DNA of 64,000 bases from Chitinophagales bacterium (GTDB lineage: Bacteria > Bacteroidota > Bacteroidia > Chitinophagales > JADIYW01), in contig CBDCGV010000017.1 of assembly GCA_965216955.1 (NCBI GenBank), forward strand, positions 12,764-76,763, written 5' to 3'. Both the position numbers and the translations under genes were made by a program. The notes under the pieces were generated by a model. It was not told where the DNA came from. It saw only the letters and a program-made list of their open reading frames with translations, and made no database searches. Below are positions 44,843 to 55,569 of this stretch, in pieces (within the stretch, counting starts at the first letter, position 1; each line of letters starts with the position of its first letter).

Positions 44843-47800
44843 GTGTACAACTTTAATTTACATAAATATTTTTGCCTAGTGCTTTTGATCACTTTTTGTG
44901 CTACAAAAAACATAAACGCACAAAACAAGAAAAAAAAATACAACAAGGGTAAAAAAAGTGAGGTAAATATCCTTAAGCGAGCATATAACGATGTTACGAC
45001 AAGAAATAATTATTATTTCAATGCAAACATCCTCTTTAACGAAATGCTCAAAAAACAGGAATCCGCACAAACTACAGATTATAGTAAATTATTGCCTTTT
45101 TACTTTCATGATTGGGATGCTGATTTTTCAACCCATTCTGCAGATTTAGAAACAATAGTTAAAAAAACATCTATCGTACTGCAATTACACGATAATATGA
45201 GATGGAAAGACGACTGTTATCTGTTGTTAGCTAAAGCTAGATACCTACAAAAAGATTACACTCAAGCATTAGGAGGGTTTAAGTACATTGTAACAACGAT
45301 GAAGGGAGATATCGCTCGTGAAGAAAGCAAATATGATCATAAAGCACGTTTAAAATATTTAAAAGAAAAACAAAAGGAAATTGATAAGAAGAATAAAGAA
45401 AAGCAAAAAGTAATTGAATTTTTTAAGCAACAAAGAGATGAAGAAATAAAGAAAAAGATAGAAGAAAGGAAAAAGGAGATTGCAGAGATTAAAAAGGCTA
45501 GAGAAAAAGAAATTGCAGAAAAAATAAAGCAGAAAAAGAAAAATCTTAAAAGAAAAAAGAAAGGAAAAAAAATAAAGAAAGATTACCGAGATATTGGCAA
45601 GAATGAACCTACCGTCAAAAAGAAGGGGACAAAAGAAGAAGAAGAAGAGGAAGAAGCAACAGAAAAGAAAAACAGCTCATTAGATAAGTACAAAAATATT
45701 TATTTCGAAAAAATTAGAGAAGAAGAAATCGATAACGATAGTGTAGTTGTCGATACCACAAAAGAGAACCTTGATGATCTAACGCTTTGGGAAAAAATCA
45801 AACATAAAAAAGCACGCCCAGAAGCTATTGTTTGGATGGCTAAAACTTTTATGGATGTTGGGAATTACGCTGATGCAAGAAGTATGATTACTTATGGAAA
45901 AGCTTTAAGAAAATTAACCAAGAAGCAACGTAGGGATATGTATCTAATTGATGCATATTATTATGTACGTCAAAATAGTTATCGACTTGCCATACCTCCA
46001 TTAAAAGAAGCGATAGAATATTCAAAAAAGAAGGATAAAGCGTACTACGGTTTTATACTTGCACAAATTTATAATGAGCTTGATATTCCAAATGAAGCCA
46101 TTGAGCAATACAATGAAGTGCTAGCAACTAAGGCAGATTATGAAATTCATTTATTTGCCAAATTAAATCAGGCAGATATATATAGTAAAAACAATCTTAC
46201 CTCAAATGAAGAGGTATTTAAAATGCTTAATAAAATGCTTAAAAATGGGCAAAACAAAAAATACAAGCATAAAATACATTTTGCCCTTGCTAATTTGCAC
46301 TTAAACATTGGTGAAATAGACCAAGCTAAATATCACCTATCACAAACAATTGAAAAAAGTGAAAACGATATAGATCAAAAAGCATTAGCATTTTTGAAGC
46401 TTGGAGAATTATATTATGATGAAGAAAATTATATGTTGGCATCTGCATATTATGATAGTACAGTTGTAACTGCTGACAAGCAAAAGCTAGATAATTTTTC
46501 AAGAATTGAGGACAAAAGCGCTTCTCTGAAAAACCTTGTAAAAGAATTAAACAATATAACAGTCCAAGACAGTCTGCTCATGCTAAGTGCAATGACGGAA
46601 ACAGAACTCCAAGAATATCTCAAAGAAGCTGAAGAAAAAGGTCCCAAAAAAAGGAAATTTAAGGGCTTAATAGAAGAAGGTGAAAGAGAAGTATTTATCA
46701 ATAATAGTAACAGTTCTTTTTCTACTCTATCTAATACTTCGGGTTTATGGTATTTTTATAATAAGGAGATCATGTCAAGAGGATTTAATGAATTTAAAAG
46801 TATTTGGGGTAATGTAAAGAATGAAGACAATTGGCGAAGAAGCAGTTACAATGCTGAAATTACCACTGAAGAAACTATAGTTATAGAAGATACTACTATA
46901 TCAAACGGGGCAAATACAGAAAAAGAGGTATTGGAAATTCCTAAGAGCAAAGAAGATATTAAAAATGCAAATGAAATTATTGCTCAGGCATATTACAATA
47001 CTGGAACCATCTTTATGCATAATTTGGAAAATAGACCAAAAGCTATCAATTACTTTGAAAAACTAATAAGCAAGTATCCTGATCATGAATTGAACGATAA
47101 AGCAAGATATGCCCTTTACTTATTGCATACAGAAGAAAACAACCTAATTGCAGCAAATAGGCACAAGGACTATCTATTAAATAAAGACCCTCACTCGATG
47201 ATTGCGCATGCCATCACTACTGACTATAAGGTTGTAAGAGAAAAGACAAAAAGAGCAAAAGATGAAGTTGAAATAATGTATGCTTCTACGTATAGCTTAT
47301 TTGAAGATGGAGAATATCTAAAAGTATTGGAAAACAATAAGTCCGCACTAGAAAAGTATGGTGAAAATTATTTTACCCCCAAGTTTAAATTTTTAGAGGC
47401 ACTTTCTTTTGGGCATCTTAAAAAAACAATAGAATTAAAAAATAGTCTTTCTGAAATTATTAGAAAGTACCCAGATCATGAAATAAAGGATAAAGCAGTT
47501 GAATATTTAGCCATAATTAATAAAAGCGAAATTCAAGAAAAAGACAAAACGAATAAGGAAGTTTCTTCTCAAGAAGAAAAAGGTAAAGACAAGCCAAAAG
47601 AAGAAGAATCTATTTATAAAATGGACACTAAACCTGGTTTATTTGCTCTGGTTTATATCAGAGATAATAGTCTCCCTATTCAGGAGTTTGTAAAAAATAT
47701 AAATGATTACCACGCCCAAAAATACACCGATAGAAAATTAAAAGTTAGCAATGCCTTTTTAAGTATAAAAGAACCCTTATTAATTATCAAAAGATTTAGA

Positions 47801-47986
47801 GATAAAGCGGATGGTATAGCATATTTTAACACTTTGCAAGAAGAAAAAGCTGATATTTTTGGAAAATATAACTTAGAAGACATAGAACTTTTCATAATTT
47901 CTCAAAATAACTTTCGAACTTTGTTTCAGACAAAAGACGTAAATGCATACAGACAATTTTTTATAAAAAATTATCTACTTAAATAA
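44843..47986 (+). CDS. sprE: TPR-repeat lipoprotein, probable T9SS periplasmic lipoprotein PorW/SprE, with a long K/E-rich insert
   Basis: 1047 aa with lipobox LITFC. The N-terminal RAYNDVTTRNNYYFNAN resembles the conserved SprE/PorW N-terminal motif as I recall it. Multiple TPR-like helical repeats. Family assignment is from memory, not from a search. Confidence 0.5.
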   Translation: MYNFNLHKYFCLVLLITFCATKNINAQNKKKKYNKGKKSEVNILKRAYNDVTTRNNYYFNANILFNEMLKKQESAQTTDYSKLLPFYFHDWDADFSTHSADLETIVKKTSIVLQLHDNMRWKDDCYLLLAKARYLQKDYTQALGGFKYIVTTMKGDIAREESKYDHKARLKYLKEKQKEIDKKNKEKQKVIEFFKQQRDEEIKKKIEERKKEIAEIKKAREKEIAEKIKQKKKNLKRKKKGKKIKKDYRDIGKNEPTVKKKGTKEEEEEEEATEKKNSSLDKYKNIYFEKIREEEIDNDSVVVDTTKENLDDLTLWEKIKHKKARPEAIVWMAKTFMDVGNYADARSMITYGKALRKLTKKQRRDMYLIDAYYYVRQNSYRLAIPPLKEAIEYSKKKDKAYYGFILAQIYNELDIPNEAIEQYNEVLATKADYEIHLFAKLNQADIYSKNNLTSNEEVFKMLNKMLKNGQNKKYKHKIHFALANLHLNIGEIDQAKYHLSQTIEKSENDIDQKALAFLKLGELYYDEENYMLASAYYDSTVVTADKQKLDNFSRIEDKSASLKNLVKELNNITVQDSLLMLSAMTETELQEYLKEAEEKGPKKRKFKGLIEEGEREVFINNSNSSFSTLSNTSGLWYFYNKEIMSRGFNEFKSIWGNVKNEDNWRRSSYNAEITTEETIVIEDTTISNGANTEKEVLEIPKSKEDIKNANEIIAQAYYNTGTIFMHNLENRPKAINYFEKLISKYPDHELNDKARYALYLLHTEENNLIAANRHKDYLLNKDPHSMIAHAITTDYKVVREKTKRAKDEVEIMYASTYSLFEDGEYLKVLENNKSALEKYGENYFTPKFKFLEALSFGHLKKTIELKNSLSEIIRKYPDHEIKDKAVEYLAIINKSEIQEKDKTNKEVSSQEEKGKDKPKEEESIYKMDTKPGLFALVYIRDNSLPIQEFVKNINDYHAQKYTDRKLKVSNAFLSIKEPLLIIKRFRDKADGIAYFNTLQEEKADIFGKYNLEDIELFIISQNNFRTLFQTKDVNAYRQFFIKNYLLK

Positions 47987-47987
47987 A

Positions 47988-50276
47988 ATGTCTGAAAAGA
48001 AAAATCGAAAATTTAGCATGTTTTGGCCTGTATTATGGCTTGGCTTTATTGGAGTGCTTTTATTTATTCCATTGTTCTTTCTTTTTATAAGTAAAGGTGG
48101 TTTGGGACCTCTTCCTGATTTTGAAGAGCTAGAAAATCCTCAAAGTAATTTAGCCTCTGAGATTTACTCTGTAGATAGTGTTTTACTGGGAAAGTTCTAT
48201 ATCGATAATAGAACTAACGTAAGCTATGAAGACCTTTCACAAAATTTGATTAATGCACTTATTTCAACTGAAGATAAACGCTATAGAAAACATGCGGGTA
48301 TTGATCTTGAAGGAACAGCTAGAATGCTTTTTTTTATGGGTAGAAAAGGTGGTGGGAGTACTATCACTCAGCAACTATCAAAATTGCTGTTCACGAAGGG
48401 TTCTAAAAGCAGAATTCAAAGAATCAAGCAAAAACTGCAAGAATATGTCATCGCCATTCGCTTAGAACGTAGTTATACAAAAAATGAAATTATTGCAATG
48501 TACTTAAATACATTCGATTTTATCAATGGTGCGGTTGGTATTAAAAGTGCTTCTAAAATCTATTTCAACACTACTCCTGAAGATCTAACGGAAAGCCAAG
48601 CAGCAACCCTTGTTGGAATGCTTAAAAACCCAAGTTTATATAATCCAATTAGCAGGAATGAGAAATTTAGAGAATATGCATTAGACAGAAGAAACGTGGT
48701 GCTTTTTTTAATGAAAGAACAAAGCCATATCGATCAAACTCAATTCGACACACTTTCTGTAAAACCACTCAATACTAAATATACCAAAGTAGACCATATT
48801 GAAGGTCTTGCCCCTTATTTTAGGAGTGTTCTTGCTGAATATTTGAAAGAATGGTGTACAAATAATTTAAAAGTTGACGGATCTCAGTATAACATTTATA
48901 AAGATGGGCTTAAAATTTATACTACTGTTCATTCTAAAATGCAGCGATATGCAGAAGAAGCTGTAAAGGAACATTTATCGGAATTGCAAGATGCCTTTTA
49001 TAATCAATTTAAGAGATATAGATATTGGAAACCGTGGAAGGAGGACGATGGAAAAAAAGTTTTGAACCTAGCCTTGAAGAACAACGAGACCTACAAAGCC
49101 CTAAAAAAGAAGGGTGCCCCTAAAGACAGTATTGACAGAGTAATGAACCGCCAACGAAAAATGGAAGTTTTTACTTGGGATGGAAAAGTGGATACAACAA
49201 TGAGTATTTTAGACTCGATCAAACACTACAAAATGTTCTTACAAACTGGATTTATGGCCATGGAGCCAAGTACAGGATATGTAAGAGCATGGGTTGGTGG
49301 TATTGATTTCGAACACTTCAAATATGATCATGTAAACATCAATACTAAAAGACAAGTTGGATCTACTTTTAAACCAATTCTCTATGCTTTGGCAGTTGAT
49401 AATGGATGGTCTCCTTGTCTAAAAATACCAAATGTTCCTGTTACCATATACACCGAAACAGGTGATCCTTGGACTCCAAAAAATTCTGATAGAGATGGAT
49501 ATGGTGGAGAGATTTCGTTAAAAAAATGTCTAGCTAAATCAAAAAATAACTGTGCGGCATATATCGTCAAAAACTTAGGTCCATACGCATTAGCAGAAAT
49601 GGCAAAAAGAATGGGGGTTATGAGCCCTCTCACCCCTGTTTATTCTTTGGCATTGGGTTCTGCCGACATTTCTCTTACTGAAATGATGACCGTTTACAGT
49701 ACTTTCGTTAATGGAGGAGTTAGAACCACACCTGTTTTTATAAATAGAATTGAAGACAAAAATGGGAATACTATACAAACTTTCCCAAGTGAACAGGTTG
49801 AAGTAATGAGTGAAGTAACTGCCCATATTATGCTAGAAATGATGAAAGGTGTTGTAAATGCTGGAGGAACAGCTGCAAGTGTAAAATTCAGATATAATAT
49901 TCCGGGAGATGTTGCAGGAAAAACAGGAACAACAAATAATCATACAGATGGATGGTTTATGGGCGTTACTCCAGAGCTCATGGCAGGTGCGTGGGTTGGA
50001 TGCGATGACCCTTTTTTAAGGTTTAGAGAATTAAGGTATGGTGCAGGGGGAAAAATGGCTATGCCTATTTGGGCTAAGTTTTTCCAAAAATCGTTTGCAG
50101 ATAAGTCGTTAGGATTAAACAAAGAGGGTACATTTTTCGAACCTAAACAAGAATTAAATATTGAGTGGGATTGCAGTCTTCATAATCAGGATATTGATCC
50201 TGACATCGATCTAAACCAATCAATAGAAGAAGACGTAAAAGAGCCTCCAAAAGACCTTGATAGTGAATTTGATTAA
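47988..50276 (+). CDS. mrcA: penicillin-binding protein 1A (bifunctional glycosyltransferase/transpeptidase)
   Basis: 762 aa. GT51 motifs EDKRYRKHAGID and GGSTITQQ. Transpeptidase motifs STFKP, SKN and KTGTT. Confidence 0.9.
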   Translation: MSEKKNRKFSMFWPVLWLGFIGVLLFIPLFFLFISKGGLGPLPDFEELENPQSNLASEIYSVDSVLLGKFYIDNRTNVSYEDLSQNLINALISTEDKRYRKHAGIDLEGTARMLFFMGRKGGGSTITQQLSKLLFTKGSKSRIQRIKQKLQEYVIAIRLERSYTKNEIIAMYLNTFDFINGAVGIKSASKIYFNTTPEDLTESQAATLVGMLKNPSLYNPISRNEKFREYALDRRNVVLFLMKEQSHIDQTQFDTLSVKPLNTKYTKVDHIEGLAPYFRSVLAEYLKEWCTNNLKVDGSQYNIYKDGLKIYTTVHSKMQRYAEEAVKEHLSELQDAFYNQFKRYRYWKPWKEDDGKKVLNLALKNNETYKALKKKGAPKDSIDRVMNRQRKMEVFTWDGKVDTTMSILDSIKHYKMFLQTGFMAMEPSTGYVRAWVGGIDFEHFKYDHVNINTKRQVGSTFKPILYALAVDNGWSPCLKIPNVPVTIYTETGDPWTPKNSDRDGYGGEISLKKCLAKSKNNCAAYIVKNLGPYALAEMAKRMGVMSPLTPVYSLALGSADISLTEMMTVYSTFVNGGVRTTPVFINRIEDKNGNTIQTFPSEQVEVMSEVTAHIMLEMMKGVVNAGGTAASVKFRYNIPGDVAGKTGTTNNHTDGWFMGVTPELMAGAWVGCDDPFLRFRELRYGAGGKMAMPIWAKFFQKSFADKSLGLNKEGTFFEPKQELNIEWDCSLHNQDIDPDIDLNQSIEEDVKEPPKDLDSEFD

Positions 50277-50330
50277 TTAAGTTCAACTCTCCGCAACTTT
50301 ATTTAACTTCATCTTGTTTGCAAATGTGCA

Positions 50331-52124
50331 ATGATGATTTCGATAAAACAGCAAGTAAGTAATCTACCACAGAAACCAGGGATATACAAATACTATGGCG
50401 CTGAAGAAAAAATCTTGTATATCGGAAAAGCAAAAAATCTTAAAAAGAGAGTGGCTTCCTACTTTACTGAAAAACGTTCTACCAGTGCACGATTAAAACT
50501 CTTAGTTAAGAAGATTGAAAAAATTGAATACACTATAGTTGATTCTGAGAAAGATGCTTTGTTGTTAGAAAACTCTTTAATAAAACAACACCAACCTAAA
50601 TACAATATCCAATTAAAAGACGATAAATCTTTCCCTTACATAGTTATACTGAATGAAGCATTCCCGAGAATTTTTCTAACCAGAAGAATTAAAGATGACG
50701 GATCATATTATTTTGGCCCTTACACCTCTGTAAAACGGGTACGTAGCATTTTGAACCTCATAAAAAAGATTTACCCTATTAGAAGTTGCTCCTTAAACCT
50801 TGCCGAGAAACACCTCAAAAAGGAGAAATATAAAGTATGTCTTGAATATCACATTGGAAATTGTTTAGGACCTTGTGAATTGAAGCAAAATGTAAACGAT
50901 TATAATAACAATATTGCCCAGATAAAGGAAATCTTAAAAGGGAAAGTTACTGTCGTAAAAAAAGAATTAAGGAGACAACTTGAAGAACAAGTAGAACGTT
51001 TGGAATTTGAGAAAGCTGATTTCACGAAAAAGAAATTAGATTCATTAAGCGAATATATTGCAAGTTCTACAGTTGTAAATCCAAATCTAGGAAATCTACA
51101 TGTATTTGGATATACAGAAAATAAGAATAAATCTTATATAAGTTACTTGCGTATTGTAGATGGAACGATTATCAAAACAAACGGTTTAGTGGTAACAGCA
51201 AAACTTGAAGAAACTAAAGAAGAAATGTTGTTGTATGCAGTAAGTCATTTTGTGGATGATATAGATGATACTAAACTTTGCATTGTTCCCTTCGAACTAA
51301 ATTCCGAATTGACCAACAACTATATAAATTATGCTGTTCCAAAAATTGGCGATAAAAAGAAACTACTCGATTTAGCACTAAGCAATGCTATGCAATTAAG
51401 GAATAAACATACTTCATATAAACTAGGTAACAATAAAGAAAGGTTGTTACAACAAATAAAAGAGGATTTACAACTAAAACAATTACCCTTCCATATAGAG
51501 TGTTTTGACAATTCAAATATGCAAGGAAGTAACCCTGTTGCCTCAATGGTCGTTTTTAAAAATGGAAAACCTTCAAACAAAGATTACAGACATTATCACA
51601 TTAAAACAGTCATTGGCCCTGATGATTTTGCCTCTATGAAAGAAGTTGTTTATAGAAGATACCGAACATTAAAAGAGGAAAAACAAACCTTTCCACAGCT
51701 AATCGTGATTGATGGTGGGAAAGGGCAATTAAATGCTGCTTATGAAGCGCTCCAAGAATTAAAACTCCATAAAGAAATCCAATTAATCTCGATTGCGAAA
51801 AGACTTGAGGAATTATATTTTCCAGGAGATAAATACCCTATACATTTAAGCAAAAAATCTGAAACTCTAAGAGTTTTGCAACAACTAAGAAATGAAGCTC
51901 ATAGATTTGCTATCACTTTTCATAGAAATCTTCGATCAAAAAATACCTTTAAAACAGAGTTGACTGATATACCCGGTATTGGAAAGGTATTAGCTGAAAA
52001 ACTACTTATACATTTCAAATCTGTTAAAGGTGTAATTAGCGCAAACCCTAATGAACTAATAGCAGTACTTGGAAATAAAAAGGCACAACAGTTACTGCAC
52101 TATTTTGAGGGAGAAAAAAAATAG
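50331..52124 (+). CDS. uvrC: excinuclease ABC subunit C
   Basis: 597 aa with the GIY-YIG N-terminus (GIYKYYGAEEKILYIGKAKNLKKR), a UVR domain, and a C-terminal HhH. Confidence 0.92.
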   Translation: MMISIKQQVSNLPQKPGIYKYYGAEEKILYIGKAKNLKKRVASYFTEKRSTSARLKLLVKKIEKIEYTIVDSEKDALLLENSLIKQHQPKYNIQLKDDKSFPYIVILNEAFPRIFLTRRIKDDGSYYFGPYTSVKRVRSILNLIKKIYPIRSCSLNLAEKHLKKEKYKVCLEYHIGNCLGPCELKQNVNDYNNNIAQIKEILKGKVTVVKKELRRQLEEQVERLEFEKADFTKKKLDSLSEYIASSTVVNPNLGNLHVFGYTENKNKSYISYLRIVDGTIIKTNGLVVTAKLEETKEEMLLYAVSHFVDDIDDTKLCIVPFELNSELTNNYINYAVPKIGDKKKLLDLALSNAMQLRNKHTSYKLGNNKERLLQQIKEDLQLKQLPFHIECFDNSNMQGSNPVASMVVFKNGKPSNKDYRHYHIKTVIGPDDFASMKEVVYRRYRTLKEEKQTFPQLIVIDGGKGQLNAAYEALQELKLHKEIQLISIAKRLEELYFPGDKYPIHLSKKSETLRVLQQLRNEAHRFAITFHRNLRSKNTFKTELTDIPGIGKVLAEKLLIHFKSVKGVISANPNELIAVLGNKKAQQLLHYFEGEKK

Positions 52125-52148
52125 CTGCAAAGTTCTCACCATGCAGCT
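52113..52148 (-). terminator. terminator hairpin after gldN (minus strand), overlapping the uvrC 3' end
   Basis: AGCTGCA-(12 nt)-TGCAGCT, a perfect 7-bp stem. On the minus strand it is followed by ATTTTTTTT. Confidence 0.5.
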
Positions 52149-52185
52149 ATCTATCATCAATTATTTATTTCAAAGACACTTTACT

Positions 52186-53067
52186 CTAATAAGACCATAG
52201 ATCGTGCTCAAAATTAAAAATTTCTTCTTTAATTCTTTCTGACTCATACAATGCATCTATACCAGAAGTATAGTCTTGAATCCTATAGTCTTTAACATTT
52301 CCTTCTTTCATTATATAACTGCTAAATAACCTCATTGAGAAAAGATCATCCCATGTCATATTCAGACCATTAGGAAAAGGATTATAGGCTTCTTTACGTA
52401 CGAGAATATTTCTTAAATCAGGAAAATAAGCCCAAAACATTGGAAGCTCCCCTCTAAAATTGCCCCACTCATCGTAACTATCCAAAATAGGTGCAATTCC
52501 CATAATTCTCACCTGCATTGTTGAAGTTTGCTCATCAAAGTACCAAACCTCTTTAATTCTAAACTTATTTACCTTTTGAAAATCAATTTCATTCTTGATT
52601 ACTTGAAGTTCCATATCTCCCGTAATAGGATCTGGCACCCAAATAGAATCGATGCCTGCATCCATTCCTCCAATCTGGCCTGCTTCGATAGGTGTTGTAA
52701 ACTCATCATCTAAACCATCGTATATTGTCACCGAGCCACTCTCAGCTGCACCAACAATGATTTCAATTAAAGGCTCCTTAGGATATTTAAATGGTAGATT
52801 AAGCTTCTCTCTACAATCAATTACTCTCCACAAAGTTTTATGCCAAAATACATCAGCCTCTCTAACTACAGTGTTTGCCAAAGGTACTCGCTCATTAATA
52901 GCACTTTGACTCCATGGAAGTAAATTCCTTACATTTTCCTCTTCTTCAATAGCTCCATCTTCAGAATTCTCAATAACTTCCTCACCTTCACCTAATAAGT
53001 CCTGCGCAAAAACACCGCATGAAATAAAGCTTAAGATAAAACACCATGTTAACTGACGTACATTCAT
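52186..53067 (-). CDS. gldN: gliding motility / T9SS protein GldN (PorN)
   Basis: 293 aa with a signal peptide and a conserved WRVIDCREKLNLPFKYP-type segment. Last gene of the gldKLMN cluster. Confidence 0.85.
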   Translation of the reverse strand: MNVRQLTWCFILSFISCGVFAQDLLGEGEEVIENSEDGAIEEEENVRNLLPWSQSAINERVPLANTVVREADVFWHKTLWRVIDCREKLNLPFKYPKEPLIEIIVGAAESGSVTIYDGLDDEFTTPIEAGQIGGMDAGIDSIWVPDPITGDMELQVIKNEIDFQKVNKFRIKEVWYFDEQTSTMQVRIMGIAPILDSYDEWGNFRGELPMFWAYFPDLRNILVRKEAYNPFPNGLNMTWDDLFSMRLFSSYIMKEGNVKDYRIQDYTSGIDALYESERIKEEIFNFEHDLWSY

Positions 53068-53077
53068 AATTATAATT

Positions 53078-54646
53078 TTAAATCACTTTAATTGTTATAC
53101 CAGGAATCTTTCTTGTTGTTCCATCGGGACCTCTAACACGCAAGTTCTCAATATAAACTAGATCTCCTGGCTTAGCTCTCTGTATATAACTATTCATCTG
53201 TTGGTTAAAGATAGGACCATTGCCTTTCGAAACGGCTAAATCTTGCCTTCTAGCAGCAAAAACCATATCATAGCTCAATACTGAAAATTTTGCATCAAAA
53301 TCAAAATTCTTAAGAATTGCTCTAACACCTTTTTGAACTCTTAACTCAGCCGCTCTCATATTGCCACTACCCTCAAGTTTACCAACTGAAGCAATTGGAT
53401 CAGGAATCATTTTAACTCTAAAAGGAAATGAGCCATAGCGAGTTCCTGCAGCATCGGAAACAGTAATGTTAGCATCACCTTGCTTGCTCACTCTAACGGT
53501 ATAATTTCCTCCACTTCCAGATATTGTTCCATTAGACATGTTAACACGTAAATCTTTACCTAAAACACCCGCAGCAGAAGCTGTAACAGGGTTGTCAACA
53601 CCAATATAAAACACATTCATCTTAGTTGGTGTTACAGTTGCAAATGGATCTGCTACCGTATATTTATAAGTTGTCTTATAAGGCGTTATATCTCCTTTTT
53701 TATTGGTTACATTAACAACTGCATTTATTGTTTTTTCTCCGGTAGATCCTGTATTCCCTTTGAAAACAGCTCGTCCTTCCTTATTAATAGGTAAACGTGC
53801 CCCGTTTGCAGATATTGTAACATTAGAATTATCAGAACTAGATGCTGCAAGGAAAATTTCCGCCTCAAACGGCTTCCCTCTCAATACATAAGAAGAAGGA
53901 GCAACTATTGCTGCACTAAATTGATCTACTTCAACTCTTTGTAAACCGACCATTTGCTTAAGTGCATCAACAATCTTATTCTCTGAAGAACTTGCATCCG
54001 CTTGAATTTGACTAAGCATTGCCATTGCTCCAGCAGCTGGCATATGATCAAAGGTTTCAAACACCCAATCTCCTCCATGTAAACCATCCGCTGCAGTGCC
54101 ATGAGCTTCAGCTTTTAATGGTAATGCTTCCGCTGTTTCCTTATATAGCCCTTCTTTCCAATCTTCCATTTCTTCCTTTGGTAGAAGCGCTAATATCTCT
54201 TCTTTAGTTTTGTTAATTCTCTCTTTTAAAGCATATGCTATTCCATCATTCACTCCATTAGGCTCTCCTTTAACAAGAATTTCAGAAGTCATATTAACTT
54301 CTTCTGGACTTTGAATTTTTCCAGTTTCTGGATCTACCCCAATCTTATCAACTATGCTCTTTTTGATATCTTCGATATACTTATTTAAATCTGCAACTTT
54401 TTCTCTCACCTTCAACGACAATTCAGCATATTTCTCTGCATCAGCGTCCTTTTTCCCTTTCTCTTTTAATCCCTCTATAGTTGCGTTGTTTATTTTATCA
54501 ATAGACGAATTTGATAATTCAATTCCATCATTAATTTTAATAAACGCTTGCGTTACTTCTTTTGGTATTTGCAGTGCTAATAAGGCAAGCAAAACGATAT
54601 ACATCACGTTTATCATTCGTTGCCTGACCGCCTTTGGTATTGCCAT
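53078..54646 (-). CDS. gldM: gliding motility / T9SS protein GldM (PorM)
   Basis: 522 aa; the N-terminus RQRMINVMYIVLLALLALQIPKEV is characteristic of GldM. Confidence 0.85.
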   Translation of the reverse strand: MAIPKAVRQRMINVMYIVLLALLALQIPKEVTQAFIKINDGIELSNSSIDKINNATIEGLKEKGKKDADAEKYAELSLKVREKVADLNKYIEDIKKSIVDKIGVDPETGKIQSPEEVNMTSEILVKGEPNGVNDGIAYALKERINKTKEEILALLPKEEMEDWKEGLYKETAEALPLKAEAHGTAADGLHGGDWVFETFDHMPAAGAMAMLSQIQADASSSENKIVDALKQMVGLQRVEVDQFSAAIVAPSSYVLRGKPFEAEIFLAASSSDNSNVTISANGARLPINKEGRAVFKGNTGSTGEKTINAVVNVTNKKGDITPYKTTYKYTVADPFATVTPTKMNVFYIGVDNPVTASAAGVLGKDLRVNMSNGTISGSGGNYTVRVSKQGDANITVSDAAGTRYGSFPFRVKMIPDPIASVGKLEGSGNMRAAELRVQKGVRAILKNFDFDAKFSVLSYDMVFAARRQDLAVSKGNGPIFNQQMNSYIQRAKPGDLVYIENLRVRGPDGTTRKIPGITIKVI

Positions 54647-54698
54647 TTCTTACTCTTTTTAAAATTTTAAAATATTCAACTCTATATCGAGAAAGAAA

Positions 54699-55499
54699 TT
54701 AAGATCTCATTGCAGTTAACATGTTTCCATAAACACTATTCAACTGCTCTAAATTAGTTGCAAGTTTAGCCATTTGACTTCTGTATTTCTCTGCATCTTC
54801 CAAAGAGTTATCCAAATGACTCATTGCTGTACTTATATTTCCATAGAATTTATTCATTGCTTTAAGATGTGTATCAGCATCCTGCAGTTCCATTTCATAC
54901 ATAGCATTTAAAGAAGCTAAATTCTTTGTTACAATTTGAACTTGCTCATGATACTTTCCTGTATCTTCAGATGCCGATGCCAACTTACCCATTGCATCAG
55001 CAGCATTAGAATATGCTCCTTTAACAGAACTTAAGGCATTGGCTGCTTCTTCAGCATTTCTTGCAAAACTATCTGTTGCTACAGTTGTATTTGCAACAGC
55101 TCCTAATTGAGAAACGTTATCTCCTAAAGACTTAAGATTGGTGCCTAATCTATTAATCGCATCTTGATCTATCTTGGCATTTTCAAGCATTTGATCTAGG
55201 GAAGAAGCATTGTTCCCAGAAGATGATAAAGCAGTCGCACCTTCAACCGAACCGTCATATTCATCTAGCCCTGGATAAAGCTTTTGCCAATAGTAATCTT
55301 CATGTGGTGGTATTATTCCTGAAAAAGCAAATAATAATGCCTCTGTTCCAAGACCTAATAATATCCATATGTTTCCATCAATTCCAAGAATTGCTTGATG
55401 AGTGATTTTTGATGCAGCTCCAATCATTACAATAGCCGCCCCGATTCCAAAAATCAAGTTTTGAAAGTACTTAAATTGCTTCGTTTTGTAAAATGCCAT
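54699..55499 (-). CDS. gldL: gliding motility / T9SS protein GldL (PorL)
   Basis: 266 aa with two N-terminal TM helices (GIGAAIVMIGAASKITH, LGLGTEALLFAFSG), as in GldL. Confidence 0.85.
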   Translation of the reverse strand: MAFYKTKQFKYFQNLIFGIGAAIVMIGAASKITHQAILGIDGNIWILLGLGTEALLFAFSGIIPPHEDYYWQKLYPGLDEYDGSVEGATALSSSGNNASSLDQMLENAKIDQDAINRLGTNLKSLGDNVSQLGAVANTTVATDSFARNAEEAANALSSVKGAYSNAADAMGKLASASEDTGKYHEQVQIVTKNLASLNAMYEMELQDADTHLKAMNKFYGNISTAMSHLDNSLEDAEKYRSQMAKLATNLEQLNSVYGNMLTAMRS

Positions 55500-55569
55500 T
55501 TTAAAAAATTTTGTGGTTAGTTAAGTGAAATAAATAATTAAGATTAATAAATAATGAATGAGACCAATT

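Noticed and set aside
45335-45745. Repetitive A/G-rich DNA that superficially looks like a tandem repeat or CRISPR-like array
   Set aside because: It is in frame within a 1047-aa ORF and encodes K/E low-complexity protein. There are no regularly spaced identical repeats with unique spacers.
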